A stretch of DNA of 63,363 nt, filler included, from Octopus bimaculoides (taxonomy: Eukaryota): assembly GCF_001194135.2 (NCBI RefSeq). It is 7 parts of 6 records of this genome, joined end to end, with 100 filler letters (N's around TTAATTAATTAA, not from the genome) between each part and the next. Parts side by side here need not be neighbours in the genome. Positions count along the whole stretch, not along the records: positions 29,026 to 41,525 come from NC_069001.1; positions 41,626 to 45,972 come from NC_068989.1; positions 46,073 to 56,124 come from NC_068981.1; 4 more parts are not named here. One strand, written 5' to 3'. The stretch's first letter is position 1. Every line of letters starts with the position of its first letter. Made by a program: the position numbers and the translations under genes. The notes beneath the pieces were generated by a model that did not search any database, had not been told where the DNA came from, and saw only the letters and a list, made by a program, of their open reading frames with translations. Below, piece by piece: positions 38,250 through 51,079 of the stretch.

Positions 38250-38830
38250 TGATGATATTGTCACAGGCAATGAAAAGTGATATTTTTACATCGATACAAT
38301 GCAGAGGAATGAATGTCTGAGTCTTGAAAAGCAGGCAACACCTTGAGCCAATTTAGATCTGCATCCATGCAAGACAACAATTTGCATTTGGTGGCGTTGG
38401 TAAGGGTTAATCCACTACAAAATGCATCAAAACAGCCATATGGTCATTTCTATACAGTCAGTGCACCAGCTAATCTTGGCAAACCAGCTGAAGCGACCCA
38501 ACAAGTGATGCAGTATGCTTCTTCAACATGACAACACTCATCACTTTTTCACTAATTCGACTACAAAATGGTATTCAAGTGCTGGATTGGGAAGTTCTAC
38601 CTTGCATACCATATTCTGAAATAGTTCCTTCGGAGTTTTACCTTTTGCAGTTGCTCACCAGCAGTTTGTGTAATGTTTCATTCAATAACAATTTGAAGCT
38701 GGAAACATAGCTTGATAAATTCTTTGAGTCAAGATCTGGTAGTTTCTAATGTCAAGGCATTGACAAGTTAGTGAGTTGTGGCAAGAAATCTAAAACAATG
38801 AAGAAGAAGTGACACAGTTTGCAACACAAC
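38250..38830 (+). mobile_element. Degenerate mariner transposase
   Basis: IVTGNEK*, LQHDNT, WEVLPCIPYSEIVPSEFYL, GIDKLV motifs. Confidence 0.7.
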
Positions 38831-38899
38831 TCCATATTCTTCATAAAGTACCCTTTTGAAAATCAAACGCACGTGAAACCAATTAAGTGCATTTATCTT

Positions 38900-40130
38900 T
38901 TATCTTTTATTTATTTAAGTCATGAGACTGCGACCATACTGGAGCACTGCCTTGAAGAGTTTTGTCAAAGGAGTTAACCCTAGTACTCATATTTTTAAAA
39001 CCTGGTTCTTATTCTATTGCTTTTTAAACATTTTTTGCTGAACCACCAAGTTTTGGGGATATAAACACACCAACACCAGTTGTCAAGTGGTGGTGGGGGC
39101 AAACACAGACACAGAAACACATAGACACACAAACACACACACACATACACATGTATATATACATATATACGATGGGCTTCTTTCAGTTACCATCTACCAG
39201 ATTCACATACAAGGATTTGGTCGTCCCAAGGCTATAGTAGAAGACACTTGCCCAAGGTGCCACATGGTGGGACTGAAAATAGATCAATGTGACTGGGAAG
39301 CAACCTTCTTACTACACAGCTACACATGTGGCTTTATTTAGAATTTCTATAAGTCTTCATATATATTCTGTGTATTTAAGTTCATTTATTTGTTTTATAC
39401 GACTATTTGTATGGATTAGTAATGATTTATATGTGTGTATGTGTGTGTGTGTGTAAATGCATGAATGTGTGCATGTATGGGTGTCTGTATACTACCATGT
39501 TTAATATTGCATAATAGTTGTGAATGTCAGAATCATATAAGTGGTGTTATTTGTTTCCAATTTTCCATAAAAATTTGACCAGTCATGCAGAAATATGTTG
39601 CTTGGAAACAAGTGCAGTTTGTTAACAGGAAGGCAATCTGGTGAGATTAAATTTGTCTCAATGAATTCTGTCTGACTCATGCAAGAATAGAAAAGTGGAA
39701 GTCAAAAGGATGTTTTAAATATATATATATTATTTTATTCTTTCACTTCTTTCAGTCATTTGACTGTGGCCATGCTGGAGCACCGCCTTTAGTTGAACAA
39801 ACTGGCCCCAAGACTTATTCTTTGTAAGCCTAGTACTTATATTATCAGTCTCTTTTGCTGAACCACTAATTTACAGGTATGTAACCATACTAACATCGAT
39901 TGTCAAGCGATGGTGGGGGACAAACACAGACACACAAATATATATACACACACACACACACACATATATATATGACAGGTTTCTGTCAGTTTCCATCTAC
40001 CAAATCCATTCAAAAGGCTTTGGTTGGCCTGAGGTTATAGTAGAAGACACTCACTCAAGGTACCACGTAGTGGGACTGAACCTGAAACCATGAGGTTAGT
40101 AAGCAAACTTCTTATCACACATCCACACCC
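38900..40130 (-). mobile_element. Two SINE family A copies (38900-39330, 39735-40130)
   Basis: Reverse matches to the family A head and tail. Confidence 0.75.
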
Positions 40131-40610
40131 GCTGGTGGCATGAAAAAGAGCAACTTGTACATTATGTAAAGTGGTTGGTGCTAAGGATAGTATCCAGCCA
40201 TAGAAACCAATCCAAAGCAGGCAATGAAGCCTGGTTCCCAACGTGGGGCATATGCCCCACCAATGGAGCCTGGGGAAATTGTTATGGGCCATGGTGTCAT
40301 AGTCGCTAGGTGCAAGGTTCTTGTTAAAATGATTCACTTTTATTTTCTTAGTCACTTATGGGCTTTTTTTTTGTATTCAGTACTTAAAAAAAGAATTACC
40401 AGAAAATTCTTTTCTCCTAAATAATCGTGATAAAATAATAAAAATTGTTTTTTTTTCCAACCACTGATGAGGCATACATTCTCCTGGACAGTTAAAGGAG
40501 TGCCTAGTAGGGAAGGATAAGAGAAAAAAGGATGTTCTAGCCTATACCAGCATGGAAAATGGATGTTAAATGGTGATAGTGGTGGCGGCAGCTGTCATCG
40601 TCATCATCCA
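40131..40610 (+). mobile_element. RTE 3' tail fragment with an internal unrelated insert
   Basis: ATCCAGCCATAGAAACC and CCAGCATGGAAAATGGATGTTAAATG tail motifs as at 30570-31280. Confidence 0.55.
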
Positions 40611-40655
40611 CGGCAAAGTTTGTCCTGAATAAGTCCTTTGGGTGAGGGGACTAAT

Positions 40656-40866
40656 TACTGTATTTTAACGTGTATAAAGAATCCTTGTGTATAAGGAAAC
40701 TCCTAATTTTTGGGGCTTAAAATTTTGAAAAAAAGGTTTGGTAAGGGACTATAATACTATAATATGTATAATAATATAATATGTATAATATGTATAAGAA
40801 ACTCCTATAGATTTTTAACCTAATTTTTGACAGAAAAGGGTTTCTTATACACGTTAAAATAAGGTA
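40656..40866. mobile_element. Tc2/pogo-like MITE
   Basis: TIR TACTGTATTTTAACGTGTATAA / TTATACACGTTAAAATAAGGTA (20/22). Confidence 0.75.
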
Positions 40867-40878
40867 ATAACTTTACTT

Positions 40879-41070
40879 TTAACCCTCTTGACACCAATCC
40901 ACCTCAGACCATCCTCGGTTCTAGAATTATATAAATTTAAAACCTCCAATGTTCCAAACACCAGCTTTAAAATGACTGATATTTTCCTATAATCTTCATT
41001 ATTTTAAAAATTAACTGAAATGAAAGCAGTGTCTTTAAATAAAAAAATATATGGTAATAAAAGAGTTGAA
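40879..41070. mobile_element. Possible piggyBac-like MITE; related copy at 61247-61474
   Basis: TTAACCCTCTTGACACC start; internal similarity to 61247-61474, which ends AAAGGTGTTAA. Confidence 0.45.
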
Positions 41071-41177
41071 TAAGATAAGACCTAATGTAGTACCTTTCCT
41101 AGTTATCTAAGACCAGTTCAGTGTCATAGAAATGCTATTAAGGTCAGTCACAATTTTGTTTGTTCATTGACATCAAT

Positions 41178-41460
41178 AGGCGCAAGTGTGGCTATGTGGT
41201 GAGAACTTTGCTTCCAAACCACATGGTTCATGGTTCAGTCCCACTACATGGATTCTCGGGAAAGTGTCTTCAGCTATAGCTGTGGATCAACCAAGGGCTT
41301 GTGAGTGGATTTGTGGTAGACAGAAACTGAAAGAAGACTGTCATGTGTGTGTGTGTGTGAGTGTTTGTGTGTGTATGCATGAATGTATGTGTCTGTGTTT
41401 GTCCCCCACCACTGCTTGACAACTGGTACTGGTGTGTTTACATCCTTGTAACTTATCTAT
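41178..41460 (+). mobile_element. SINE family A copy
   Basis: AGGCGCAAGTGTGGCTATGTGGT...GGTTCAGTCCCACT head. Confidence 0.75.
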
Positions 41461-41487
41461 ATATGCACACAGACACACATATTTACA

Positions 41488-41525
<38 letters not shown>

Positions 41526-41740
41526 NNNNNNNNNNNNNNNNNNNNNNNNNNNNNNNNNNNNNNNNNNNNTTAATTAATTAANNNNNNNNNNNNNNNNNNN
41601 NNNNNNNNNNNNNNNNNNNNNNNNNATCTAGTTCATTGACTCCTAAATACTTATATGGTTGGCTTTCGTCTAGTTCTCTTATTTCATTGGCTTTATCTAG
41701 TGTTATATTGCTACTTTTAACTAATTTTCCTCTTTTATTA

Positions 41741-41804
<64 letters not shown>

Positions 41805-41849
41805 TTACTTACTTTTAATCTGCATGTTTGTTATAATCACTCGCCGAGA

Positions 41850-42227
41850 CAACACCCAGTAAGCAGGAGTGTTAATTTTGTAGTTTTTACATATTTTCCC
41901 ATGTAAATTCTGTCCCATCGTATTGTGATAACGTTTTTATTCGTTTGGTGTCAGCACAGGACATCCCGAGACGAGATGGTCTATTGTTTCGTCAAATGCA
42001 TCGCAGAATCTGCGTTTAGGGTCAGAACTGTTTTGAAGAATGTTAACCTGGTAAATTTTGGTGAGCAAGCTTTGATCTTGTGCCACCAATATGAAACCTT
42101 CAGTCTATGCTTTTAGTCCTGAGCTTCTCAGCCACTGATGAATTATTGCTTGGTTTACATCAGCATTTCGGCTTCGAAGTATGTATTGTCCATGCAGAGA
42201 CTTCTGGATCCACCGCTCCTCAATTTG

Positions 42228-42230
<3 letters not shown>
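41850..42230 (-). mobile_element. R4/Dong-like LINE fragment (zinc-knuckle region)
   Basis: SLHGQY...QWLRSSGLKA*TEGFILVAQDQSL...RFCDAFDETIDHLVSGCPVL; (TAA)n on both sides. Confidence 0.85.
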
Positions 42231-42279
<49 letters not shown>

Positions 42280-42280
<1 letters not shown>

Positions 42281-42690
42281 AAATTTCTCTTTATCACAGG
42301 TTTTGTTAGAGCTCCTGGAATCGTGCATGCGCATCGGGCTTACTATCTGCAGCCTACTGTACCATGGTATTCGTTCTTTTCAGCTATCTAATACTTTCAG
42401 CTATCTAATACTTTCAGCTATCTAATACCTGATTATTCTGGCCGTGCTAGCTAAAGAGGCAAACCTTCTGTAACAGTTCTACTGGGCACTCTGTTCCAAT
42501 TTCTTTTATATTCCCCTTGATGCCTTATGATACTGTTTCCAAGGACCCAACAATAATTGGTACTATCTTCACCTTCTTCATTTTCCATAACAGAGCTATT
42601 TCCTACTGAAGAGGGTTGTATATATCTCTCCTTTTATCTTCCTTCTTGACCATTCTTGGGTTAAAGGAGCATGCAACATCAGCTGTATAG
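42280..42690 (-). mobile_element. R4/Dong-like LINE 3' end, same family as 43211-44560
   Basis: Reverse complement aligns with 44190-44545; (AAT)n tail 42231-42279; 17-bp triplication across the stop codon (42378-42428). Confidence 0.85.
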
Positions 42691-42844
42691 CATATGTAAT
42701 CGTCTTGCTTTCTCCCTCCCGCAAAATTTAAAACCTATCTATCTAGATCGATTTCTTATTGTTATGAGTTCAAATCCCAAAAAATGTTTTCTTCATCTTT
42801 CTTCTCTTCCTAGGTCGATCATAATCGGCCGCAGAATAATAATA

Positions 42845-43066
42845 ATAATAATTTCAAATTTTGGCACATGGCCAGCAAGATCGGTGGAAGGTGAATCGAT
42901 TACATCGACCCCCAGTGCTCAATTAGTACTTACTTTATCGACCCCGAGTGGATGAAAAGCAAAGTCGATCTCGGCGGAATTTGATCTCAGAACATAAGGA
43001 CAAACGAAATGCCGCTAAGCATTTTGTCGGATATACTAACGATTCTGCCAACTCGCTGCCTTCAAA
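42845..43066 (-). mobile_element. SINE family C copy
   Basis: GGCAGCGAGTTGGCAGAATCGTTAG head on minus; (ATT)n tail. Confidence 0.8.
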
Positions 43067-43067
43067 A

Positions 43068-43104
<37 letters not shown>

Positions 43105-43124
43105 GGATGATGATGATGATGATG

Positions 43125-43196
<72 letters not shown>

Positions 43197-43210
43197 TAAT
43201 AATAATAATA

Positions 43211-44575
43211 AATTTTCTCAAAAGTACTTTTAAGTGAACATAATAAGACACCTTGTCACTTTTAGAAGCAGCTGGAATGAAGCATAAGGATATGAAAGAA
43301 AAGACAAAGATAGAGTACCTGCGGCGAGTGAGAAAGAACGATTGGTTTTAAAACTGAATGCCAGAAACATAATTTTGGCAACAAACTTGCGCACAGTCGC
43401 AGTAGTTCCGAAGTGGACAGAAGAAGAGCTAGAAAAATTGGATAGGGAGACAAGAAAGCTTCGTACAATCATGGAACTCATCATTCACGTGCAGACACTG
43501 ATCACCCATACATGAGAGCAAATGGAAGAAGGGAACTGATAGGTGTGGAAGGCCGTGTACGTATCGAATTCGGGAGTGTACTGAGATGATTATCCCAAAG
43601 TAAGGAAACCTTGATAGTGTCAGTTAGAAATGAGGAAGTATTGAAAGCTGAGAAAAAGGGGAAAACGAAGCAAGGAATATCCAAAATGATATGAAGATGC
43701 ATTACACAACAAGGGACTATATAAACAATTCCATGTAGCCACAACTGAAGTTTCTGGAAAGCATACGTGGCATTGACTGAAGAAAGGAACACTGAAAAAA
43801 GAGACTGCGAGCACTATACTGACAGCGGAAGACCAAGTTTTGGCCACAAATTGGAAGGTTAACCTTTGGAATGAGCAAGGATCTTCACTGTGTCGCATGT
43901 ATAAAAGAGTGGACGTAACCATTGCTCATATCGCGAACGAATGCCCTAGACATGATCAAGATCCACTACAAGTTGTGGCGACACGATGAGGTAGCGAAAG
44001 TACTACATTAGAAACTGTGCAAAAAGTGGGGTCTAGAAAGAGGCAAGAGGTGGTATGAGGACAAGCCGCAAAGAGTGGCGGAGTCGGAGATCTGCAAAAT
44101 CCTGTGGGATTTCCCGATCCAAACTGATCAGGTGCTAGAGCATAACTAACCAGACCTCGTGGTGGTGAACAAGGTGCACAACATATGGTATACAGTTGAT
44201 ATGGCGTGCCTGTTTGACGCACGGATATTCAAGAAGGAAGGCGGAAAGATAGATAAATACAACCCTCTTAAGTACGAAATAGCCTGGCTATGGAAAATGT
44301 GAAGATAGTGTCAATTATTGCTTGGTACTTGAGGACAGAATCAGAAGGCATCAAAAGGAATATAAAAAATCGGAACAGCGTGCCAGTAGAACTGTTTCAA
44401 AAGGTTTGCCTCCTTGTCGCTTCCAGAATAATCAGAAAAGTATTAGTTGAAAAGAAAGGATAGTATGGTACCGTAGGCTGCATGCAGCAAGCCCGCTACG
44501 CATATAAGACTCCAAAAGGTCTAACAAAACCTGAGTTAAAAAGAACAAGAACAAGAAGAACAACAACAATAATAA
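43211..44575 (+). mobile_element. R4/Dong-like (RLE) LINE, 3' 1.3 kb, pseudogenised
   Basis: EYLRRV..KLNARN, WTEEELEKLDRETRK, GTLKKETASTILTAEDQ, LCRMYK..TIAHIANEC (CCHC), KILWDFPIQTD, PDLVVV (RLE PD motif), QKVCLL. 5' flank (TAA)n; 3' AAC/AAT tail. Confidence 0.9.
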
Positions 44576-45235
44576 TCCTTTCTACTAAAGGCACAAGGCT
44601 TGAAATTTTGGGGTAGAGAACTAGTCAATTACATCGAACCCAGTGTTCCACTGGTGCTTAATTTATTGATCCCGAAATGATGAAGGGCAAAGTCGACCTC
44701 GATGGAATTTGAACTCAAAACATACGGCTGGAATAAATACAAATAATATTTACTTCTACGAATGGCATGGAATCTGAAACTTTGGGCGAGCGTGTTAGTC
44801 AATTACATGGACCCCAATGATTAATTGGTACTTACTTTATCGACTGCAAAATGATGAAAGGCAAAGTCAAAGTTGGTAGAATTTGAACTAGGAACGCAAG
44901 GTCCGAAGTAATGCCAATAATTCTTTGCACAAGAAGCACGGGCCTAAAATATTGGAGGGGGGTCTGGTCTATTACATTGCACAACTGGTTATTATTTCAT
45001 CAAGTAATATGTTTTAATGTCTGATCACGGCGAACTGGCAGAAACGTTAGCACGCCGGGCGAAATGTTTAGTGGTATTTCGTCTGTCTTTTCGCTCTGAG
45101 TTCAAATTCCACCGAGGTCAATTTTCCTTTTATCCTTTCGGGGTCGATAAATTAAGTACCAGTTGCGTACTGGGTCGATCTAATAGACTGTTCCCCTCCA
45201 AAATTTCGGGCATTGTGCCTAGAGTAGAAAAGAAT
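44572..45235. mobile_element. SINE family C cluster: three partial minus copies (44572-45000) and one plus copy (45027-45235)
   Basis: Repeated GAAATTTTGGG..CAATTACAT..CCCAG..GGCAAAGTC..GGAATTTGAAC blocks, then a forward copy. Confidence 0.8.
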
Positions 45236-45513
45236 ATGTTTAAGGTTTTGTTTCTTCTATATTTTTATATCACTGTCTTTATCTCTCTACACGCATACAC
45301 ACATTCTCACACACACGCGCGCATATACATCCCCCCCATATATATATATATATATATATATACATAGACATAAGCAAACACATGCGTATATACACAAATA
45401 TACGCGTGTATATTTGTGTTTGCTGATATATATTTTCTTGTGCAATTATAACCCACTCATACACACAAGTATATACATCTTTATTGATATACACAAAAAT
45501 TAATTATTAATAC

Positions 45514-45549
<36 letters not shown>

Positions 45550-45758
45550 TTGTGTGCGTGTGCGTACGTGTGTACATACATATACGAATATATACTTATA
45601 ATTACGTTATATATATATATGAAAAGTTTTGGTATGCAGAGGACCCCCAAATGGCAGGTAATGCTATGTAAGTGTTACAGAAGGACCGTAGTTTGTCTCC
45701 TGGTTCAATAATAGTATGAGTAAGGAGTTTGATGCGGGTCATGTGTGAGCATGTCTAT

Positions 45759-45919
45759 GTTAAATAAAATGACACAGCAAAGCCAAGACAGTGTGAAATT
45801 TCTAGGACATTTATAAAGAGAAAGATAACCTTACAGCTGGTAGTTTTCACTACCTTTCTCTTTATAAATGTCATAGAAATTTCACACTGCCTTAGCTTTG
45901 TTGTCACATTTTATTTAAC
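45759..45919. repeat. Fold-back element with ~66-bp arms
   Basis: GTTAAATAAAATG..CAGTGTGAAATTTCTA.GACATTTATAAAGAGAAAG and its reverse complement; ~30-nt loop. Confidence 0.85.
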
Positions 45920-45920
45920 A

Positions 45921-45972
<52 letters not shown>

Positions 45973-46871
45973 NNNNNNNNNNNNNNNNNNNNNNNNNNNN
46001 NNNNNNNNNNNNNNNNTTAATTAATTAANNNNNNNNNNNNNNNNNNNNNNNNNNNNNNNNNNNNNNNNNNNNTATATATATATATCGATTTTGTGCGTTG
46101 GTATATCGCTATGCATATACACGGAGGAGAGATACGAGGTGGCATGATGTTTATTGTAATGAGGTGGGTGACATTTGAAATAATCATCTCATTGAAAATT
46201 AAATAGAGCAAACGATTCTCACTTAAATATTAACTGTTTCTCTTTCATCTTGCATTATATAAGAAAATAGAAGAAGACTTCATGAAGAATGATTAATGAT
46301 TGTGAAATTACCACCACAATCTTTTACGGGAGGCAAAGCATTTTTCTGCTTCATTGAATGTTGTATGTAAAATAAAACGCGCATGAAACCTTTACTGTCA
46401 TAAATAGATATTTGGTTCACGTTTACAAATAAGTATTCGTACGGAAAATTAGTCAATTTCTTTTAATCTGAGGATATGAAATGTCGATAAAAATACTACA
46501 ATGCCAATAATTTAATTGAGAATATTATTTCTTCAGTCAAATAGAACAATGAATCAAGAATACCGTAAAACAGCAGATTTAATACAAATAATATCAAAGA
46601 GAACTTTGAGTTCTCCGCGCTTGCGAGAAATGCATAATAGAGGATTGCATATATGAATAAACTTTAAATAGTAAACTAAGCTTATGCACACACACGCGCA
46701 GACACACACACACACAAACACGCAAACACGCAAACAGACACACGCACGAACGCACACACACACACTCACACTCACACACAAACATGAATGCTTACACGTA
46801 AACGTAGAGATATATACATATATACTTTCAAGATTGTGTGTGAACATACATGTATGTATATTTATATATCA

Positions 46872-46915
<44 letters not shown>

Positions 46916-48912
46916 CCACTAAATCAGCCATAGACTTTTATAGTGACAAACATATATACTGACGGAAAATTATGTCAGAAATCTGCAAAAGTTAAGCCAG
47001 TCATTACTGATCAGACAACGGAAATTGCCGAAACTGACCACACAGTAAAGGGAATTCTCGATCGGTGATTTTCGGCCGATTATAGATGCCATCAATGTAT
47101 ACGTATACAATTATGTGCTTTGATTACAGCATTACTGAATTTTAGCTCTTATTTCTAGCAATGTTTGTGTTTCTAACACTCTAAGAAAAAATGTAGTGAC
47201 AGTTATAGATTTCTTTTTTTGTAAAATATTGTAGACTGCTGTCTATATAATTTTTTTTCTATATACATATTAACGATTCGCTAAATACTTAAACAAATTG
47301 GCAGAATAATATTCCTGGTAAAAGGTAAAAATGGCGAATACAAATGAAAATATCAACAAGTTCAAGAAAAAGATTCACGGAAAAAACAGTCAAGAGAAAG
47401 GAAATGCCTATGGAGGTATTGTACGACACGTTTGAGGTACCAAACAATCAAACAATTTGAAACTACATGTTCTAGCACCAGAGATCGGAAAAGAACGGAA
47501 ACACTGGAATTGAACCATAAGCGGAAGAGATATTAAAACTCTGAGCAGAGTTGAATTCTCAAAAAAGGAGAAGATAGATGTGACTGATTCTGAAAAAAGA
47601 AGATGTTGAGGAAGGATTCCAACTGTTCTTCATTAAGTGACCAAAACGCAGACTGGCTCATTATTATAAGGTACAAAACTGTGACCGATTGACAGTACGT
47701 GTTGGTAGCGGTCACACTAAGCCTTTCATATAGAGCTTTATGTCTCCTGTAATAGTAATAGTATTGTGTGGTGTATATACTTTCTTCCTCACTGCTTCGT
47801 TATAGTATATGCCCAATACAAGAAAATTAGATATCACATGGTAGCTATATAGTGTCACGTTTGTCGTTTGTGAAATTCTGGTATAAATGTTTGTAAATTT
47901 TTCATACTCTAATTGAATTATTTTATATTGCTACGTGTTATAATTTTATAATAACAAAAGAAAAAATTGAGAATTGTATAAATCTAAAACACTGATCAAA
48001 TTATAATTTTATATATTCATAATTATATAAAGATTCTTCAGTCTGCATTTTCATGTGTGTGTGTGTGTGTGTGTGTGTNNNNNNNNNNNNNNNNNNNNNN
48101 NNNNNNNNNNNNNNNNNNNNNNNNNNNNNNNNNNNNNNNNNNNNNNNNNNNNNNNNNNNNNNNNNNNNNNNNNTGTGTGTGTTTCCGTGTGTATGTGTTT
48201 AACAGAATTATATTATATAGCTTAATATTACATTAAATTGTATATAATCCACGATAGCTTGGCATGAAGATTGCTGCAGGAGTTGCCCGAAGAGTAAAAC
48301 TACCGAAAGCGACGGTACAAAATGACAATTCTGGTTTTTGAAACTTTCAGACGCGCACATACGTGCGTGCATACAAATACCTCCCCCTCCACACACACAT
48401 ACACGTATGTATATGTAGCTATACACAATATATATATAGATATATTACTATATATTTATATTCATACCCACACACACATATATATTTACATACATACATA
48501 TATATATATATATGTGTGTGTGTGCGTGTGTGTGTGTGTGTGTGTTCGTGCGTGCATCTGTGTATATGCATATACATCAATTAAGTAAAAGGATAAAATC
48601 CATATAAGATTTTATCTGATAGCCAGCGTGTAAAACCAATTAAAATTAAAAGATTAAAACTAAGTATATAATTTTTAAAAAGTACATTATTCTATTAAGA
48701 GCTCTCACCATAAGTCTAGCCGCACACTGGAGAGGGACGCTCAAATCAAACCACTTTTTCCAAAAATATACACATGTGCTGAAGTCAAGGAAATGAACAA
48801 AGAAAAAATTATTTTAAAAAGTTTCAGTGGCATATGGAAAAGTTTTTATGGTCAGCACTCTAACACGCTCTCCAGTCGTCTGTGCAAACATATATAAGTA
48901 TAAACACTTACC

Positions 48913-49093
48913 GTTCTACATTTAAGAGATGAGGAATTATGTACATCATTTACATTATTTACATTTGACGGATATTTGTCCTCATCTTGTTTTTTGTTAA
49001 CACAACCTTTCGATTGATATACCTTCCAGCCTTCATCAGGTGTCTTGGGGAAATTTCGAAACGGTGTTCTCATTCTTAAGGCATTTTTCGATG

Positions 49094-49155
<62 letters not shown>

Positions 49156-49236
49156 GTTGTTATTATTATTATTATTACTATTAGTCAGGTCACTGCCTGA
49201 AATCAAACTCGGGATCTCGGTTAGTAACCCGCGCTA
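48913..49236 (-). mobile_element. tRNA-like head + (TAA)n + hammerhead-containing tail (composite SINE-like unit)
   Basis: Minus strand: GCGCGGGTTACTAACCGAGATCCCGAGTTTGATTTCAGG (tRNA anticodon/T-arm-like, B box), then (TAA)n, then a tail with CTGATGA..GAAA. Confidence 0.6.
48999..49044 (-). ncRNA. Minimal type-I hammerhead ribozyme-like motif, canonical core
   Basis: GACAC-CUGAUGA-A-GGCUG-GAAGGUAUAU-CAAUC-GAAA-GG-UU-GUGUU. Stem I is 5 bp, stem II has one mismatch, and the stem III palindrome is broken (GG instead of CG). Confidence 0.65.
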
Positions 49237-49299
49237 ATTTTTCCATCTCGTTTTACAAGCTACGTTATCTGTTCTGGCTGTGTAAACGGAGTTATTATT

Positions 49300-51050
49300 A
49301 GTGTTCGCATTCATTATTCCTCCAGTAGCAGTGTTCCTTTCCTATGGTATGGATTGCACTGTCAATGGTATGGTGTTGTTTGGACCCGTTCTTGTTATGG
49401 AGGAGCATTTATCAGTAATTTTTGCAACCGTTCCCTTCATTTTGTTTTGATCTGCGGTTTCTGCATCAGGCTCCTCTAGTTTCTTTTTTTCTAAAGTTAT
49501 ATGTTATTTAATTTGTGTATGTCGTATTCTACGTTGTGTGAAGTCCCATATGCTAATTTCACATTATGTATGTTGATGATTGTGTGATAATTGCTAGATT
49601 TAGGGAAGTCTCTGTCTAACTTTGAGAATAATTCTTGACATATTTTGGAATTTTCAATTGAAAATTGATAATTGCAGTAAACCAAATAATTTCATCATTC
49701 ATTAATTTATCATTTCTTTTAATGGATTTATTCGGTCTCTTACTGTATTTGGTAGTAACTACTGTATGGTTACTACTTCTATCTACGTCTAACGGTCCCT
49801 TCTTTTCTACACTTGCCTGCTGCTTCCCGAGTTCTATTTGATGTCTATCTGTCTTAGTGTTGTGGTTGTGTTTTTCCTATTTTGGACCCTATTACAATTA
49901 CTTTTGCTGTCTGCTATTCGGTTGTTATTTGCAGGACCATCTCTAATATTAATAACATTGTCCGGATATGGAACATTCCCTACTCTATTCTGTATGTATG
50001 CTATTTTATCCGTATACTCTGCCCTAGGTTGCGCCGTGTTATAATATTCGGCTTGTATGTTGAATATTCGTCCACCTGCTGATTGTCAGAACATTCTTTC
50101 TGTTGGACACACTTTGTAAGATGTTTATACCTCCAACTCGTACATTTCAAGTTTTCATTTTGTTTATACAACAGTTGGAACTTACCATTTTTGAGGTTAC
50201 TCTTCACGTCCAGGAATTTTTATAACCTCTATAATGTTTTCTCTTTCTATTTCCAGTCCGAAATTCTTAAAGAATTTTTTTCTTATATCTTTCTGATTCT
50301 ACGTTACTACTTTGCATTGTAAATAAAGCGCCATCTCTATATAATGGCGCCCCCAATTTCGGGACCAAAATTCTATTTTCGATAAAAGTATATTCCAACA
50401 ATATCCGTTACCTGTATTGAAATACCCATTGTTATGTTGAATGAATCTTCTCTATCAGACCAAGTCCAATGTTAGCCCCTGTATCCTTCTGTAGTGCTCC
50501 TAGACGCTAAAATTATGTTTTTCGCTATTAGAGAGGTCGGGATTACTTTTTGCGAATAATAGCGCCTTGTTTAGTCCAGCTGGATTTATGGACTAGCAGC
50601 AGTTCGATATATCTAGGTGCACGAATTTGGTTTTGTTTTTGTTCCACTGTGTTAGACTACAATTTGATTTTGGTATTGCATTTCAATGTTGAGATTATTC
50701 TATCTAGTATGGCTTAGATAATTTTACCAATGTTGGATATAGATGGACATATTAGTCTTATTGATGGGTTATCCTGAACGTTTTTATGTTGATCTTTTAA
50801 GCTCATTGTGGGTGTCTTATGTCTAGTCCTACCTTGTATACTCAATTTCATAACAATTTCGAGCCCCCTCTTATTTATAATATTTGATGAATTGTATGAC
50901 TTGTGCATGTTTTTAATATGTAATTGCTTTGTTATAAGTTCAATGTATGTGTTAATATTGATATTATAGAAGACTCCCTTGGCATCGCAATAGAATTTTC
51001 CTGGCCATTTGTTGTAGTCCCTGCATGAGCATCCCCTCGCCACTTGTAGC
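49300..51050 (-). mobile_element. Degenerate Penelope-like reverse transcriptase
   Basis: TMSLKDQHKNVQDNPSIRLICPSISNIGKI (PLE RT N-terminus), LKNGKFQLLYKQNENL (thumb), DRDFPKSSNYHTIINIHNVKLAY. Confidence 0.8.
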
Positions 51051-51079
51051 TTAAGTGTGTTAACTAGAATGTTATTAAT

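Noticed and set aside
47330-47720. Possible LINE RT fragment or exon
   Set aside because: No motif recognisable with confidence in any frame.
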